Shown in pieces: positions 37,575-50,067 of a stretch of 64,000 bases of DNA. Each line of letters opens with the position of its first letter. Within the stretch, counting starts at the first letter, position 1. The stretch is from Ginglymostoma cirratum. Its lineage: Eukaryota. A program made the translations under genes and the position numbers. A model generated the notes under the pieces. It was given only the letters and a program-made list of their open reading frames with translations, was not told the origin of the DNA and ran no database searches. Where the stretch lies: the NCBI GenBank assembly GCA_024137785.1, contig JAHRHZ010000282.1, positions 248,001 to 312,000 on the forward strand, written 5' to 3'.

Positions 37575-40500
37575 CAAAGAACAATGAACAATGCAGCACG
37601 GGAACAGGCCTGTTCGCCCTTCAGTTGTGCACCACCACATTTTGCCCATTCATACTAAAACTGTCTTCACTTACAGAATCCATATCCCTCTATTCCCTTC
37701 CTATTCACGTAGTTTCCCAGGTGCTTCTTGAATGCTGCTATTGTGTCTGCTTCCACCATTTACTCTGGCAGCGCATTCTGGGAACTCAACTCCCTTTGTG
37801 TGAAAAACATGCCTTGCAGGTCTGTGTTAAACTTCCACCCTCACACCTCGAAACTGTGTTCTCTTCTAATTGACACCTCCATTCTGAGAGAAAACCTCAT
37901 TCATTCCACTCTATCCACGCCATTTACAATCTTACAAACTTCTGTCAGGCCGCCCTTCAGCATCCTGCATATCAATGAAAACAAACCCAGTCTTTCCAAT
38001 GATTCTTCATATCTAAAAATCCCTATTCCCTGTACCCTCTCCAAAGCATCCACATCCTCTGTTAGTGTGATGACCAGAATGTACACAATATTCCAAATGT
38101 GGCCAAAAGTTCTATAAAGCTGCAGCTTTTCTTGTCTATCCTTATACTCAATGCCGCTTCCAATGTGGGCAAGCATGCCCTATACCTTTTTTACTGCCCT
38201 CTCTACCTTCGCTGTCGCCTTCAATGATCTGTGTACCTGCACACCCAGATCCCTGTGCATATCAATACTCCTAAGCGTTCTGGCATTCACTGTATAATTT
38301 CCACCTGCATTTGATCTTCCAAAATACATCACCTCACATTTGTCCGGAATAAATTCCATTTCCCTTTTTACTGCCCAAACCTCCATAAGATCTATATCCT
38401 GCTGAAATCTCTAACAATCCTCCTCACTAACCACAAATACATCAATCTTTGTATGGTCCATTCGACCAGCCATGTTTTCCTCCAAATTATTTGTGTAGAC
38501 CATGAATAGTAGATGTCTCAGAACTGATACATGTGGAACACCCCTAGTCACAGCCCTCCATTGGGAAGAACATCCTTCCACCGCTACGCTATGTCTACTA
38601 TGACAAAGCCAGTTCTGTATCCATTTTGACAGTTCATCCCGATACCAAGTGACTTCACCTTTTGTACGAGCCTTCCATGACAGACCTTGTCAAAGGCTTT
38701 ACTGAAGTCCATGTGGAAAACATCAACCACTTTTCCCTCATTAATCATCTTCGTCAACTCCTCGGAAATGTTGATCAACTTACTGAGGTATGAACCCCTG
38801 CACAAAACCGTGCTATCTATCACTAATAAGTCCATTTGCTTCTACATGAGTACAGATCTTTTGCATGAGAATCTTTTCCAGTAATTTCCCTGACACCGAC
38901 CAAAGGCTTACAGGCCTGCAATTTCTTGGATTATCCCTAGTAACCTCTTAAACAATGGGACAACATTGGCTATTCTCCAGTTCTCTGAGACCTTACCTGC
39001 TGCCAAAGAGGATACAAAGATGTCTGTCAATGCTCCAACAATTTGTTCATTTACCTGTCTCAATATTATGTGATAGACCCCCTTCGGACCCGGGGACTTA
39101 CCTACCTTAATACTTTTTCAGACACGCATCATGTCTTCCTTTCTAATAGCACCTCGGATTAGGAATTCGACACTCCATTCCCTGAGATCACCCTCCACCA
39201 ATTCCTTCACTTTGTTGAATACCGACACAAAATAATAGCTTAGAACGTCACCATCTGTTTTGGCTCGCTCCTTCGTCCTTGACTGAGGCAACTCTTTCCA
39301 TGGATACCCTCTTGCTTTTTAAATATGTATAAAAAGCCTTGGAATTCTCCTTATTACTATTTACTAACTACTTGTCATAACACCTTTTAGCCATTCTAAT
39401 TACTTGTTTAAGTTCTTTCTTACATTCCATATACTTCAAGGCATTGTTAGTTGCCATCCTCCAGGACCTTACGCATGCTTTCTTTTTCTTTTTGGCCCAG
39501 GTCATTACATCCCTAATCATCCAAAGTTCACTTAGCTTGCCATACCTATCCTTCATTCTTTCAGGAAAGTGCCGCTGCTGAACTCTTATCAACTGCCATT
39601 TGAAATGCTCCCAAATATTTGATGTGGATTTAGCAACAAGCAGCCGCCTCCAATCAAAATTCTCCAGTTCCTGCTTAATATTGTTGTCGTTCACTTTGCT
39701 CCAGTTTAACACCTTTACACGAGGACTGCAGTGACCTCACATCCATTAATATCTTAAAACTTATAGTATGATGATCAGTCCTTGGCAGATGCTCGCTTAG
39801 CCGGGCTCATTTCCCAAAACCAGATCCAATATAAACTCTACTTTTGTTGGACTGTTTTTATACTGTGTCAAGATACCTTGCTGAATGGTCCTTACAAATT
39901 CTCCCTGTCCAACCTCCGAACACATAGCGAGTCCCAGTCTACACAGGGGAAGCTGAAATCACTCACCACAACAACCTGCGGATTTTATATCTTTCCAAAA
40001 TCTGTCTACATATTCTGTCCTCTATCTCCTGCTGCAGTTGGGAGGCACAGCATTGTGATTTCATATTGCATATTCCTGAGTTCTACTCATATTGCCTTGT
40101 TGCACGAATCCTCTGATGTGTCCTCCCTCGGTACAGCTGTGAGATCCTCCTTTCCCAGTAATGCAACTCTCCCACCCCTTTCATTTCTCTTTCTTTCACA
40201 GCAAACCAAATCTAAATCATTGGGCATTCTTTGAATCCTGTCCCTCTTTCAGCCAAGTCTCCGTAATCAAAATAATTTCATGGCTCCAAGCAATAACCGA
40301 AGTTCTAATTTAATCTACCTTGCCTCTTATTCTTGCATCGAAACACATGAATTTCAGACCACCTCCCCTGCTCTTTTCAGCGGTGTTTACCTGCCTGTTC
40401 TTGTTCGTAGTCACTTTTGCCTTGGTTTCTACCTCTCCCTCAATTTCTGCATTGACTGCCCTACTACTTTGGTTCCCATTCCTCTGTGATGCTACCAAGT

Positions 40501-41010
40501 ATGTCTCCGCACCCGCTCTCGCAGTAATCAGCCCTGGTCATGCCCAGGTGTAACCCATCAGTAACCCACCTCCCGCACATATGGTCCCAATGCCCCATGA
40601 ATTTGAAACCCTCTCCCTCACACCATCTTTTCAGCCACATGTTCATCCTATTTCTCCTGCTGTTTCTAATCTGACCAGCTCATGGCACTGGTCGTAATCC
40701 CGAGATAACGACCTTTGAGGCATTATATTTCAACTTTCCTCCAAGTTCTATATATTTTCTTTTTATGACCTTGTTTCTTTCTTTTTTACCTTTTTCGTTA
40801 GTACGTATCATGACCATGTATCATGACCACTGGTTGTTCGTCCTTCCCTCCCAGATTGTGCTTGATCTGTTTCAAGACATCCAGGTCCCTAGGATCAGGG
40901 AGGCAACACACCCTCATGTATATATTCCCCCTACAATTGAATCCCCTATAACTCTTGCATCTCTATGCCTATTTCTACCTCCCTCTGCAGCAGAGCCAAC
41001 CATGGTGCCA
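37575..41010 (-). mobile_element. CR1-type LINE, long degenerate copy
   Basis: ORF2 remnants (VDVFHMDFSKAFDKVCHGRLVQK, MEFIPDKCEVMYFG, LERVQG) and esterase ORF1 remnants (WLKRWCEGEGFKF, DGLHL). Confidence 0.88.
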
Positions 41011-41476
41011 TGAATTTGCCTGCCTCAAAATCGTTTCCTCTCATGTATGCCTGAAACGATGGCTCCTTAGTTTCAGTCTATGCCCCTTAGTTTTAGCTCT
41101 GCTCCACTGCAAATTAGCCCAATAGAAAATTCCCAAGAGGATTCCTCAGGGGAGAAGAAAGGCCTTCTTAAAAATCCATTCCATGTGAAACAGCGTAGAA
41201 CCGCCAGCAGGTGGTGGCATTATATAATTTTTATCAGAAGAGAGCAACAGGGAGAGACGCTTTGGCACTGATTCATTCAGCCTTCACTCACATTCTCCCA
41301 TTGCGCACAGACATAAACCTCCAACGAAATACACATATAAAAATAGATAACTACGCACAGACAGAATTGCACATGCAGACAGACATTCCAAGATGCATAT
41401 TTGCAAACACACGTCGGTAGATGCACACAGATGGAAACTCAAAGACACACACATACAAGCACTCAGACACAAAATG

Positions 41477-41479
41477 CAC

Positions 41480-41517
<38 letters not shown>
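41477..41517. repeat. (CA)n microsatellite within a CA-rich tract
   Basis: Directly visible. Confidence 0.9.
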
Positions 41518-41639
41518 GCACAAATGTTAATCTTGGCAAGTATACGAGTGTGACTAGATTAGACATGGATGCCTGAATGGCATGGATGGGTTTGAACCAA
41601 GGGCCTGATTCCGCATGTATGCCTCTCTGAGCTAGCAAT

Positions 41640-42245
41640 TAGTGAGACAAATGCAATTTTCGCATTCGTTTTGAGAGAGAGAGCATGCAAGAGCATGAAT
41701 GTATTCCTATGGCTTTATAAGGCTTTTGTAAACAGCAATTGGAATGTTGTGAACATTTTTGAGCCCCATATCTAAGGAAGGACGTGTTGGCCTTGGAGGG
41801 GCTTTACAGGAGATTTACAAAAATGATCCCACTGATGAAGGAATTGTCATGTAGGAGGTGGTTGAGGACTGTGGATCTTGATCAATGGAGTTTAGAAGGA
41901 GGAGGGGAGATCTGACGAAAACTTACTGAATACTGAGAGACGTGAATAGTGTGAACGTGGAGAAAATGTTTCCACTACTAGGAGAGACTGGGACCAGTCG
42001 GCACAGCCTCAGACTGAAGGGACAACCCTTGAGAACTGAGATGAGGAGGAATTTCTTTAGCCAGAGCTTGGTGAACCTGTGGAGCTCATTACTGCACAAG
42101 GCAGTGTAGGCCAAATAATCGAGTGAACTTAAGATAGAGAAAGTTCGGCTCCTGGCTAGTAAGAGGATGAAGGGTTTCATGAAGAATTTAGAAGAATGGT
42201 GTTGAGTAACATATTAGCCATGGCCAAATGGCTGAACAGGCTCAA
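41640..42245 (+). mobile_element. CR1-type LINE 3' fragment
   Basis: Decayed ORF2 C-terminus followed by the typical CR1 3' UTR. Confidence 0.7.
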
Positions 42246-42385
42246 AGGGCCAAATGCCTGATCAAATAGCCTGATTCTGTTCCTCGACTCCTGCTCCCTT
42301 TCAGTTCCACACCATCCATGCCTCCATTTCTGCACCAATCCTGCCAGATCCGCCATAATCACAAGTATAAAAGAGTTCTGCCTGT

Positions 42386-42523
42386 NNNNNNNNNNNNNNN
42401 NNNNNNNNNNNNNNNNNNNNNNNNNNNNNNNNNNNNNNNNNNNNNNNNNNNNNNNNNNNNNNNNNNNNNNNNNNNNNNNNNNNNNNNNNNNNNNNNNNNN
42501 NNNNNNNNNNNNNNNNNNNNNNN
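42386..42523. other. Assembly gap (N run)
   Basis: Run of N. Confidence 1.
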
Positions 42524-42634
42524 AGATCCCAGCTGAATTATTTACTGTAATGAACTGCCAATAAAGCTCTTCCTGTGGAAACGCTGTACATAACAGAAAT
42601 AAATATTCACTTTCTTATTTCAATATTATACTTT

Positions 42635-43340
42635 ATTTAGAAAAACATTTCTGTATATATACATTGCCACATTTCAGTTCTGTGCAGTTGTTTACGAAGT
42701 ACATAAACAAAACATTGGACTTTGACTCTGTCCAAAAAACCAAAGACAGCTCTTACACACACAATATTAATACTTACACATATTTGACGCACTAGGAGTG
42801 TTTGATAACTGAACAGACCCCCATTTACCTGCAGCAGGAAGACCTCAGACAGTGGTCTTTCTCCATTGCACCTTGGCAGAAGCTGCCCCAAGCTTTAGTG
42901 CTTCCTGCAGCATGTAGTGCCAGATCTTGGAATGTGCCAGTCTGCAACACTTGGTCGAGGTCAACTCTTTGCATTGGAAGACCAAGAAGTTTCTGGCAGC
43001 CCATAGAGAGTCTTTCAACGAGTTGATGGTCTTCCAGACACGGTTGTAGTTTTCCTTGGTGTGCTTCCCGGGGAAAAGACCATACAGCTCAGAGTCCCGA
43101 GTCACAGAGCTGCCCGGAAGAAACCTCGATTTAAAAAAACCCACTGCATCTTCCTCCAGACTTCCTTTGCACATCTACATTTCAGAAGGAGATATGTGAC
43201 AGTCTCAAACCCTACACAGCCACTTGAAGTGCAACGTGAGGTGACGCAGACTGACCGGGAGCAGAGAAATCATCTCGTCGGTCGTGCCCTTCTTAACACC
43301 AGCCAAACGATATTCTGGTGGGCTTGTGATCAAAGATATT
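42635..43340 (-). mobile_element. Tx1/L1-clade LINE ORF2 3' fragment
   Basis: LYGLFPG...WKTINSLKDSLWAARNFLVFQ...CCRLAHS resembles the Tx1 C-terminal region. Confidence 0.7.
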
Positions 43341-43464
43341 TTTCTTTGCAAATTTCCCAGAACACTTTCGTTGGAACGATATAAATATTCACATTGAATC
43401 AGTCTGATGATGCACACAATTTCAAAGCACGAATGGATATTTTAAGACGAAATGTGGGGATATT

Positions 43465-44900
43465 TGAGATAACAAGGCGTAGAGCTGGATGAACACAGCA
43501 GGCCAAGCAGCATCATCAGAGCAGGAAATTTGACATTTCGGGCCTAGACCGTTCATCAGAAATGGGAGAGGAGAAGAGGGTTCTGAAATAAATAGGGAGA
43601 GGGGGGAGGCGGATAGAAGATGGATAGAGGAGAATATAGGTGGAGAGGAGACAGACAAGTCAAAGAGGCGGGGGGATGGAGCCAGTAAAGGTGAGTGTAG
43701 GTGGGGGCGGGGGTAGGGAGGAGATGTGTCAGTNNNNNNNNNNNNNNNNNNNNNNNNNNNNNNNNNNNNNNNNNNNNNNNNNNNNNNNNNNNNNNNNNNN
43801 NNNNNNNNNNNNNNNNNNNNNNNNNNNNNNNNNNNNNNNNNNNNNNNNNNNNNNNNNNNNNNNNNNNNNNNNNNNNNNNNNNNNNNNNNNNNNNNNNNNN
43901 NNNNNNNNNNNNNNNNNNNNNNNNNNNNNNNNNNNNNNNNNNNNNNNNNNNNNNNNNNNNNNNNNNNNNNNNNNNNNNNNNNNNNNNNNNNNNNNNNNNN
44001 NNNNNNNNNNNNNNNNNNNNNNNNNNNNNNNNNNNNNNNNNNNNNNNNNNNNNNNNNNNNNNNNNNNNNNNNNNNNNNNNNNNNNNNNNNNNNNNNNNNN
44101 NNNNNNNNNNNNNNNNNNNNNNNNNNNNNNNNNGAGGTGGAGGGCGTGGGTGGTGTCACGGACGTAGGTAGGGAGTTCCTTCACCAAGGGGGAGAAAATG
44201 GAGTCGAGGTAGATGGAGATAAGTTCGGTGGGGCAGGAGCAGGCAGAGACAATGTGCCGACCAGGGCATTCAGGTTTGTGGATTTTGGGAAGGAGATAGA
44301 AGCAGGCGCTGCGGGTTTGGGGAACAATGAGGTTGGAGGCAGTGTGTAGGCGGTCGCCTGAGGTGATGAGGTTGTGGATGGTTTGGGAGATGATGGTTTG
44401 GTGCTCGGGGGTGGGGTCATGATCCAGGTGGCCGTAGGAGGAGGTGTCGGAGAGTTGGCGCCTGCCCTCAGCGATGTCGAGGTCAGTGCGCCAAACTCCA
44501 AATGTGCCTCCCTTGTTTGCGGGATTTATGGTGAGGTTGGGATTGGAGCGGAGGGAGCGGAGGGCTGCATGTTCTGCGGGGGAGAGATTGGAGTGGGTGA
44601 GAGGAATGGAGAGGTTGAGGCGATTGATGTCTCGATGGCAGTTGGAGGTGAAGAGGTCGAGGGAAGGTAGGAGGCTTGGTGGTGGTGTCCAGGTGGAGGG
44701 TTTGTGTTGGAGGCGGGAGAAGGAGTCAGTAGAGGGAGGGTTAGGACCACGGTTGAAGAAGTAAGCGTGGAGGCGGAGGTGGCGGAAATACTGCTCAATG
44801 TCCAAACGTGACCGGTATTCATTGATATGTGGGTGTAGGGGGACAAAAGTGAACCCTTTACTGATGACTGACCATTCGTCCTCAGTCAGGGTCTCTCGTT
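43465..44900 (-). mobile_element. Penelope-like element (RT N-terminal region plus terminal repeat), spanning a gap
   Basis: SKGFTFVP...NLSPAEHAALRSLRSNPNLTINPANKGG...YLLPKIHKPECPGRHIVS...ELPTYVRDTTHAL is a Penelope-type RT. Terminal repeat with a hammerhead-like core at ~43531-43562. Confidence 0.85.
43734..44133. other. Assembly gap (N run)
   Basis: Run of N. Confidence 1.
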
Positions 44901-44953
44901 GCACTGAGAGTGATCACAGTGTGGAGTAAGGCTTTGGTGCAATGCGGCAGGAA
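44899..44953 (+). pseudogene. Possible 3' end of a TE-disrupted V segment with an RSS heptamer
   Basis: gcactgagagtgat (A-L-R-V) followed by a perfect CACAGTG at 44915-44921; nonamer poor. Confidence 0.4.
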
Positions 44954-45312
44954 AGTAGTCTCAAGTTTTTGAATGATTCAATTGAAGTTGAAATGCAGAA
45001 TCTCGCAGGGTTATACCGGGAAGCAGGATATATCTGCTTTTATTGAGCAGCATGCGATGGACTCTAATTTGTTTGTGAATTTGTACGTCGCAATTACTTG
45101 TACACGCCACTAGATAGTAGTGTGCATCTGAATTAATATTGAAGGTGAGTGCTGAAGGAAGAATGACCTTGCAGACAGTGTGAGAAACTACCACGGTGAG
45201 AGGTTTGTTACAAAAACAAACGCCAAGCCTCAGCTTCTTCTGCAACTTCAACGAGACAGCTCTAAGTTAGATGTGAAGCGAAGCATTCTTCAAGCTGTTT
45301 ACTCTTATTGAC

Positions 45313-48300
45313 AGAACATAGAACATCGAACATTACAACGCAGTACAGGCCCTTCTGCCCTCGATGTTGCGCCGACCAGTGAAACCAATCGGAAGCCCAC
45401 CTAACCTATACTATTCCATTATCATCCATATGTCTATCCAACGACCATTTAAATGCCCTTAAAGTTGGCGAGTCTACTACTGCTGCAGGCAAGGCATTCC
45501 AAGCCCTTACCACTCTGTGAGTAAAGAATCGACCTCTGACATCTGTCCTATATCTACCACCCCTCAATTTAAAGCTATGTCCCCTTGTTGCTAGCCATCA
45601 CCATCCGAGGAAAAAGGCTCTCACTGTCCACCCTATCTAATCCTCTGATCATCTGGTATGTCTCTATTAAGTCACCTCTTAGCCTTCTTATCTCTAATGA
45701 AAACAGCCTCAAGTCCCTCAGCCTTTCCTCATAAGACCTTCCCTCCATACCAGGCAACACCCTGGTAAATCTCCTCTGCACCCTTTCCAATGCTTCCACA
45801 TCCTTCCTACAATGCGGCGACCAGAACTGTACGCAATATTCCAAGTGCGGCCGCACCAGAGTTTTGTACAGCTGCAACATGACCTCACGGCTCCGAAACT
45901 CAATCGCTCTACCAACAAAACCTAACACACCGTAGGCCTGCTTAATAACCCTATCAACCTGTGTGGCAACTTTCAGGGACCTATGCACATGGACACCGAG
46001 ATCTTTCTGATCGTCCACACTACCAAGAACCTTACCATTAGCCCAGTACTCTGTGTTCCTGTTACTCCTTCCAAAGTGAATACCTCACACTTTTCCGCAT
46101 TAAACTCCATTTGCCACCTCTCAGCCCAGCTCTGCAGCTTATCTATGTCCCTCTGTAACCTGCAACAGTCTTCAGCACTATCCACAACTCCACCGACTTT
46201 AGTGTCATCCGCAAATTTACTAACCCATCCTTCTCTGCCCTCATCCAGGTCATTTATAAAAATGACAAACAGCAGTGGCCCCAAGTCAGATCCTTGCGGT
46301 ACACCACTAGTAACTGAACTCCAGGATGAACATTTCCCATCAGCCACCACGCTCTGTCTTCTTCCAGCTAGCCAATTTCTGATCCAAACCTCTAAATCAC
46401 CCTCAATCCCATGCCTCCGAATTTTCTGCAATGGCCTACCGTGGGGAACCTTATCAAACGCTTAACTGAAATCCAAATACACCACATCAACCGCTTTACC
46501 CTCATCCACCTGTTTGGTCGCCTTCTCAAATAACTCAATAAGGTTTGTGAGGCACGACCTACCCTTCACAAAACCGTGTTGACTATCCCTAATCAAATTA
46601 TTCTTTTCCAGATGATTATAAATCCTATCTCTTATAATCCTTTCCAACACTTTACCCACAACCGAAGTTGTGGTCTATAATTACCAGGGTTGTCTCCACT
46701 CCCTTTCTTGAACAAGAGGATGACATTTGCTATCCTCCAGTCTTCTGGCACTATTCCTGTAGACAATGACGACATAAAGATCAAAGCCAAAGGCTCTGCA
46801 ATCTCCTCCCCAGCTTCCCAGAGAATACTAGGATAGATCCCATCCGGCCCAGGGGACTTATCTATGTGCACACTTTCCAGAATTGCTAACACCTCTTCTT
46901 TATGAACCTTAATCCCATCTAGTCTAATAGCCTGTATCTCAGTATTCTCCTCGACGACATTGTCTTTTTCCATTGCGAATACTGACGAAAAATATTCATT
47001 TAGCACCTCTCCTATTTCTTTGGACTCCACGCACAACTTCCCACTGCTGTCCTTGACTGGCCCTAATCTTCCTCTCGTCATTCTTTTATTCCTGACATAA
47101 CGATAGAAAGCTACCTGCCAAAGACTTCTCATGTCCCCTCCCGGCTCTTCTTAGCTCTCTCTTTAGGTCCTTCCTGGCTAACTTGTAAGTCTCAAGCGCC
47201 CTAACTGAGCCTTCACGCCTCATCTTTACATAAACCTCCTTCTTCCTCTTCTCAAGAGATTCAACTTCTTTAGTAAACCACTGTTCCCAGGGACCACTTC
47301 CTCCCTGCCTGACAGGTACATACTTATCAAGGACACGCAGTAGCTGTTCCTTGAACAAGCTCCACATTTCAATTGTGCCCAGCCCCTGAAGTTTCCTTCC
47401 CCATCCTATGCATCCTACGTCTTGCCTAATCGCCTCATAATTGCCTTTCCCCCAGCTATAACTCTTGCACTGTGGTATATACCTACCCCTTTCCACCGCT
47501 AAAATACATGTAACCGAATTATGGTCACTATCACTAAAGTGCTCACCTACCTCCAAATCTAACATCTGGCCTGGTTCATTACCCAGTACCAAATCCAATG
47601 TGGCATCGCCTCTTGTTGGCCTAGCTACATACTGTGTCAGGAAACCCTCCTGCACACATTGGACAAAAACTGACCCATCTAAAGTACTCGAACTATCGTG
47701 TTTCCAGTCAATATTTGGAAAGTTAAAGACCCCATAACAACTATCCTGTTTCTTTCTCTACAAACGGGATGGTCTGCACCTGTACCAGAGGGGTACCAAT
47801 ATCCTGGGGAAGAAATTTGCTAAAGCTCTTCGGGAGGGTTTAAACTAATTCAGCAGGGGGATGGGAACCTGCTAAATTGTTACTTTTGCTCCTATCCAGA
47901 ATCACCTTTGCTATCCTTTCCTATGCATCTCTGGAACTATTCGGAGGCCTATAGAAAACTCCCAACAGGGTGACCTCTCCTTTCCTGTTTCTAACCTCAG
48001 CCCATACTACCTCAGTAGACGAGTCCTCACCAAACGCCCTTTCTACCACCGTAATCCTGTCCTTGACTAACAATGCCACACCTCCCCCTCTTTTACCACC
48101 TTCCCTGATCTTGCTGAAATATCTAAACCTCGGAACCTGCAACGACCATTCCTGCCCCTGTTCTATCCACGTCTCCGAAATGTCCACAACAAGTCCCAGG
48201 TACTAACCCATGCTGCAAGTTCATCCACCTTATTCCGGATGCTCCTGGCATTGAAGTAGACACACTTCAAACCACCTTCCTGCCTGCCGGTACACTCCTG

Positions 48301-49620
48301 TGACCTTGAAACCTTATTCATGACCTCACTAGTCCTAACTTCCTGTACATTGGAGCTACAACTTGAGTTGTATCCCCCTGCTGAATTAGTTTAAACCCTC
48401 CCGAAGAGCGTTAGCAAATTTTATCCCCAGGATATTGGTACCCCTCTGGTTCAGGTGCAGACCATCCCGTTTGTAGAGGTCCCACCTACGCCAGAATGAG
48501 CCCCAATTACCCAGGTATCTGAATCCCTCCCTCCTGCACCATCCCTGTCGCCACGTGTTCAACTGCAATCTCTCCCTATTCCTAGCCTCGCTAGCACGTG
48601 GCATGGGTAACAAACCAGAGATAACAACTCTGTTTGATCTAGCTCTAATCTTCCACCCTAGCTCCTTGAATTTCTGCCTTGCATCCCCATCCCTTTTGCT
48701 ACCTATGTCGTTGGTGCCTATGTGGACCACGACTTGGGGCTGCTCCCGCTCCCCCTTAAGGATCCCGAAAACATGATCCAAGACATCACGGACCCTGGCA
48801 CCTGGGAGGCACCATACCAACTGCAGTCTCTCTCGTTTCCACAGAATCTCCTATCTGTCCCCCTAACAATGGAGTCCCCAATGACGAATGCTCTCCTCCT
48901 CTCTCCCCTTCCCTTTTGAGCAACAGGGACAGACTCTGTGCCAGAGACCTGTGCCCCATGGTTTACCCCTGGTAAGTCGTCCCTCTCAACAGTATCCAAA
49001 ACGGTATACTTGTTATTGAGGGGAACGGCCACAGGGGATGCCTGCACTGTCTGCCTGTTCCCTTTCCGTCCCCTGACAGTAACCCATCTACCTTTTTCTT
49101 GTACCTATGTTGTGACTACCTCCCTGTAACTCCTCTCAATCACCCCCTCAGCATCCCGAATGATCCGAATTTCATCCAGCTCCAGCTCCAGTTCCCTAAG
49201 GCGGTTTCCAAGGAGCTGGAGTTGGGTGCACTTCCCGCAGATGAAGTCAGTAGGGACACTAGTGATGACCCTTACCTCCCACATTCTACAGGAGGAGCAT
49301 GCAACTACCCTAACATCCATTCACATTACTATGAATTCCCAAAAACGGACTTTTGGAAAAAAACTAGTAACTTGCCAAATCCGCGCTCAGAACATTTTTT
49401 GGTTAGAGGAGGAGGATGGGTGGGAGACAATACCTAACTACTGTTTCGGGTAAAGCAACTGCCCCAATATATTACTTCACTTACTCAGCCATCCCGTGTC
49501 TGCTCCTGCTCGTGCGCGCTCCGCCAATTCATGAGGTAAGTTTTTAAAGGAAAAGCTTACCTTCCCAGGCTGCCCTCGCGCCTCCTTCTGGACTCCCGCT
49601 GCTGAAACTACTGAAATATA
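45313..49620 (-). mobile_element. Near full-length CR1 LINE (ORF1 zinc-finger/coiled-coil/SGNH esterase; ORF2 endonuclease-RT), frameshifted
   Basis: ORF1: CSSCRMW...CGKC, IGDSIVRG, HIGTNDIG, DGLHL. ORF2: [34 protein letters not shown]. (TTCTATG)n-type 3' tail at 45313-45334. Confidence 0.95.
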
Positions 49621-49692
49621 TATTATTAATCCTCGGCTCCTCAACAGAGCTCTGTAGCCAACTGCTTTTGCCTCTGTTCCTGCAATCCGATA

Positions 49693-50028
49693 ATGCTCCG
49701 AATTTGCAGAGTCATCCTGCTGTTTTATACTCTGATGTCCACGGAGGTGACTGGAGAAGGCGAAGTGACGCAACTTCAACCAACGAATGTTGTTAGTAAA
49801 ATGGGAATTACCTTTCATGAATTGCTCCATTGCCACTACATTTAACACCGTGCATTGGTACAAACAGCAACCGAATATGCCACTGCAAAATCTGGTGATG
49901 GCCAAAAGAGAATCTGACCAGCCTGAGAGGATTACTATTTCAATCAGTGGAGATTACAAACTTAGTATCTTGACTGCGAAAGACGCCAGACTTAATGACA
50001 CTGCCACCTATCTCTGTGCCAATGATAG
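49693..50028 (+). pseudogene. TCR V segment with intronless leader; single frameshift near 49805-49815
   Basis: ATG 49693 reads MLRICRVILLFYTLMSTEVTGEGEVTQLQPTNVVSKMG. A shifted frame continues FMNCSIATTFNTVHWYKQQPNMPLQNLV...ERITISISGDYKLSILTAKDARLNDTATYLCAND. Confidence 0.85.
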
Positions 50029-50067
50029 CACAGTGTCACAAACAGAGGGAGAGTCCATACTAAAACC
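50029..50067 (+). other. 23-spacer RSS
   Basis: CACAGTG + 23 nt + ACTAAAACC (near consensus). Confidence 0.92.

Noticed and set aside
43422-44349. Long ORFs with X runs (also 42318-42536, 59048-59518)
   Set aside because: Artefacts of N gaps.
45983-46465. Plus-strand ORFs opposite LINE/Penelope coding regions (also 23953-24588, 60005-60397)
   Set aside because: Antisense shadows of TE or GPCR reading frames.
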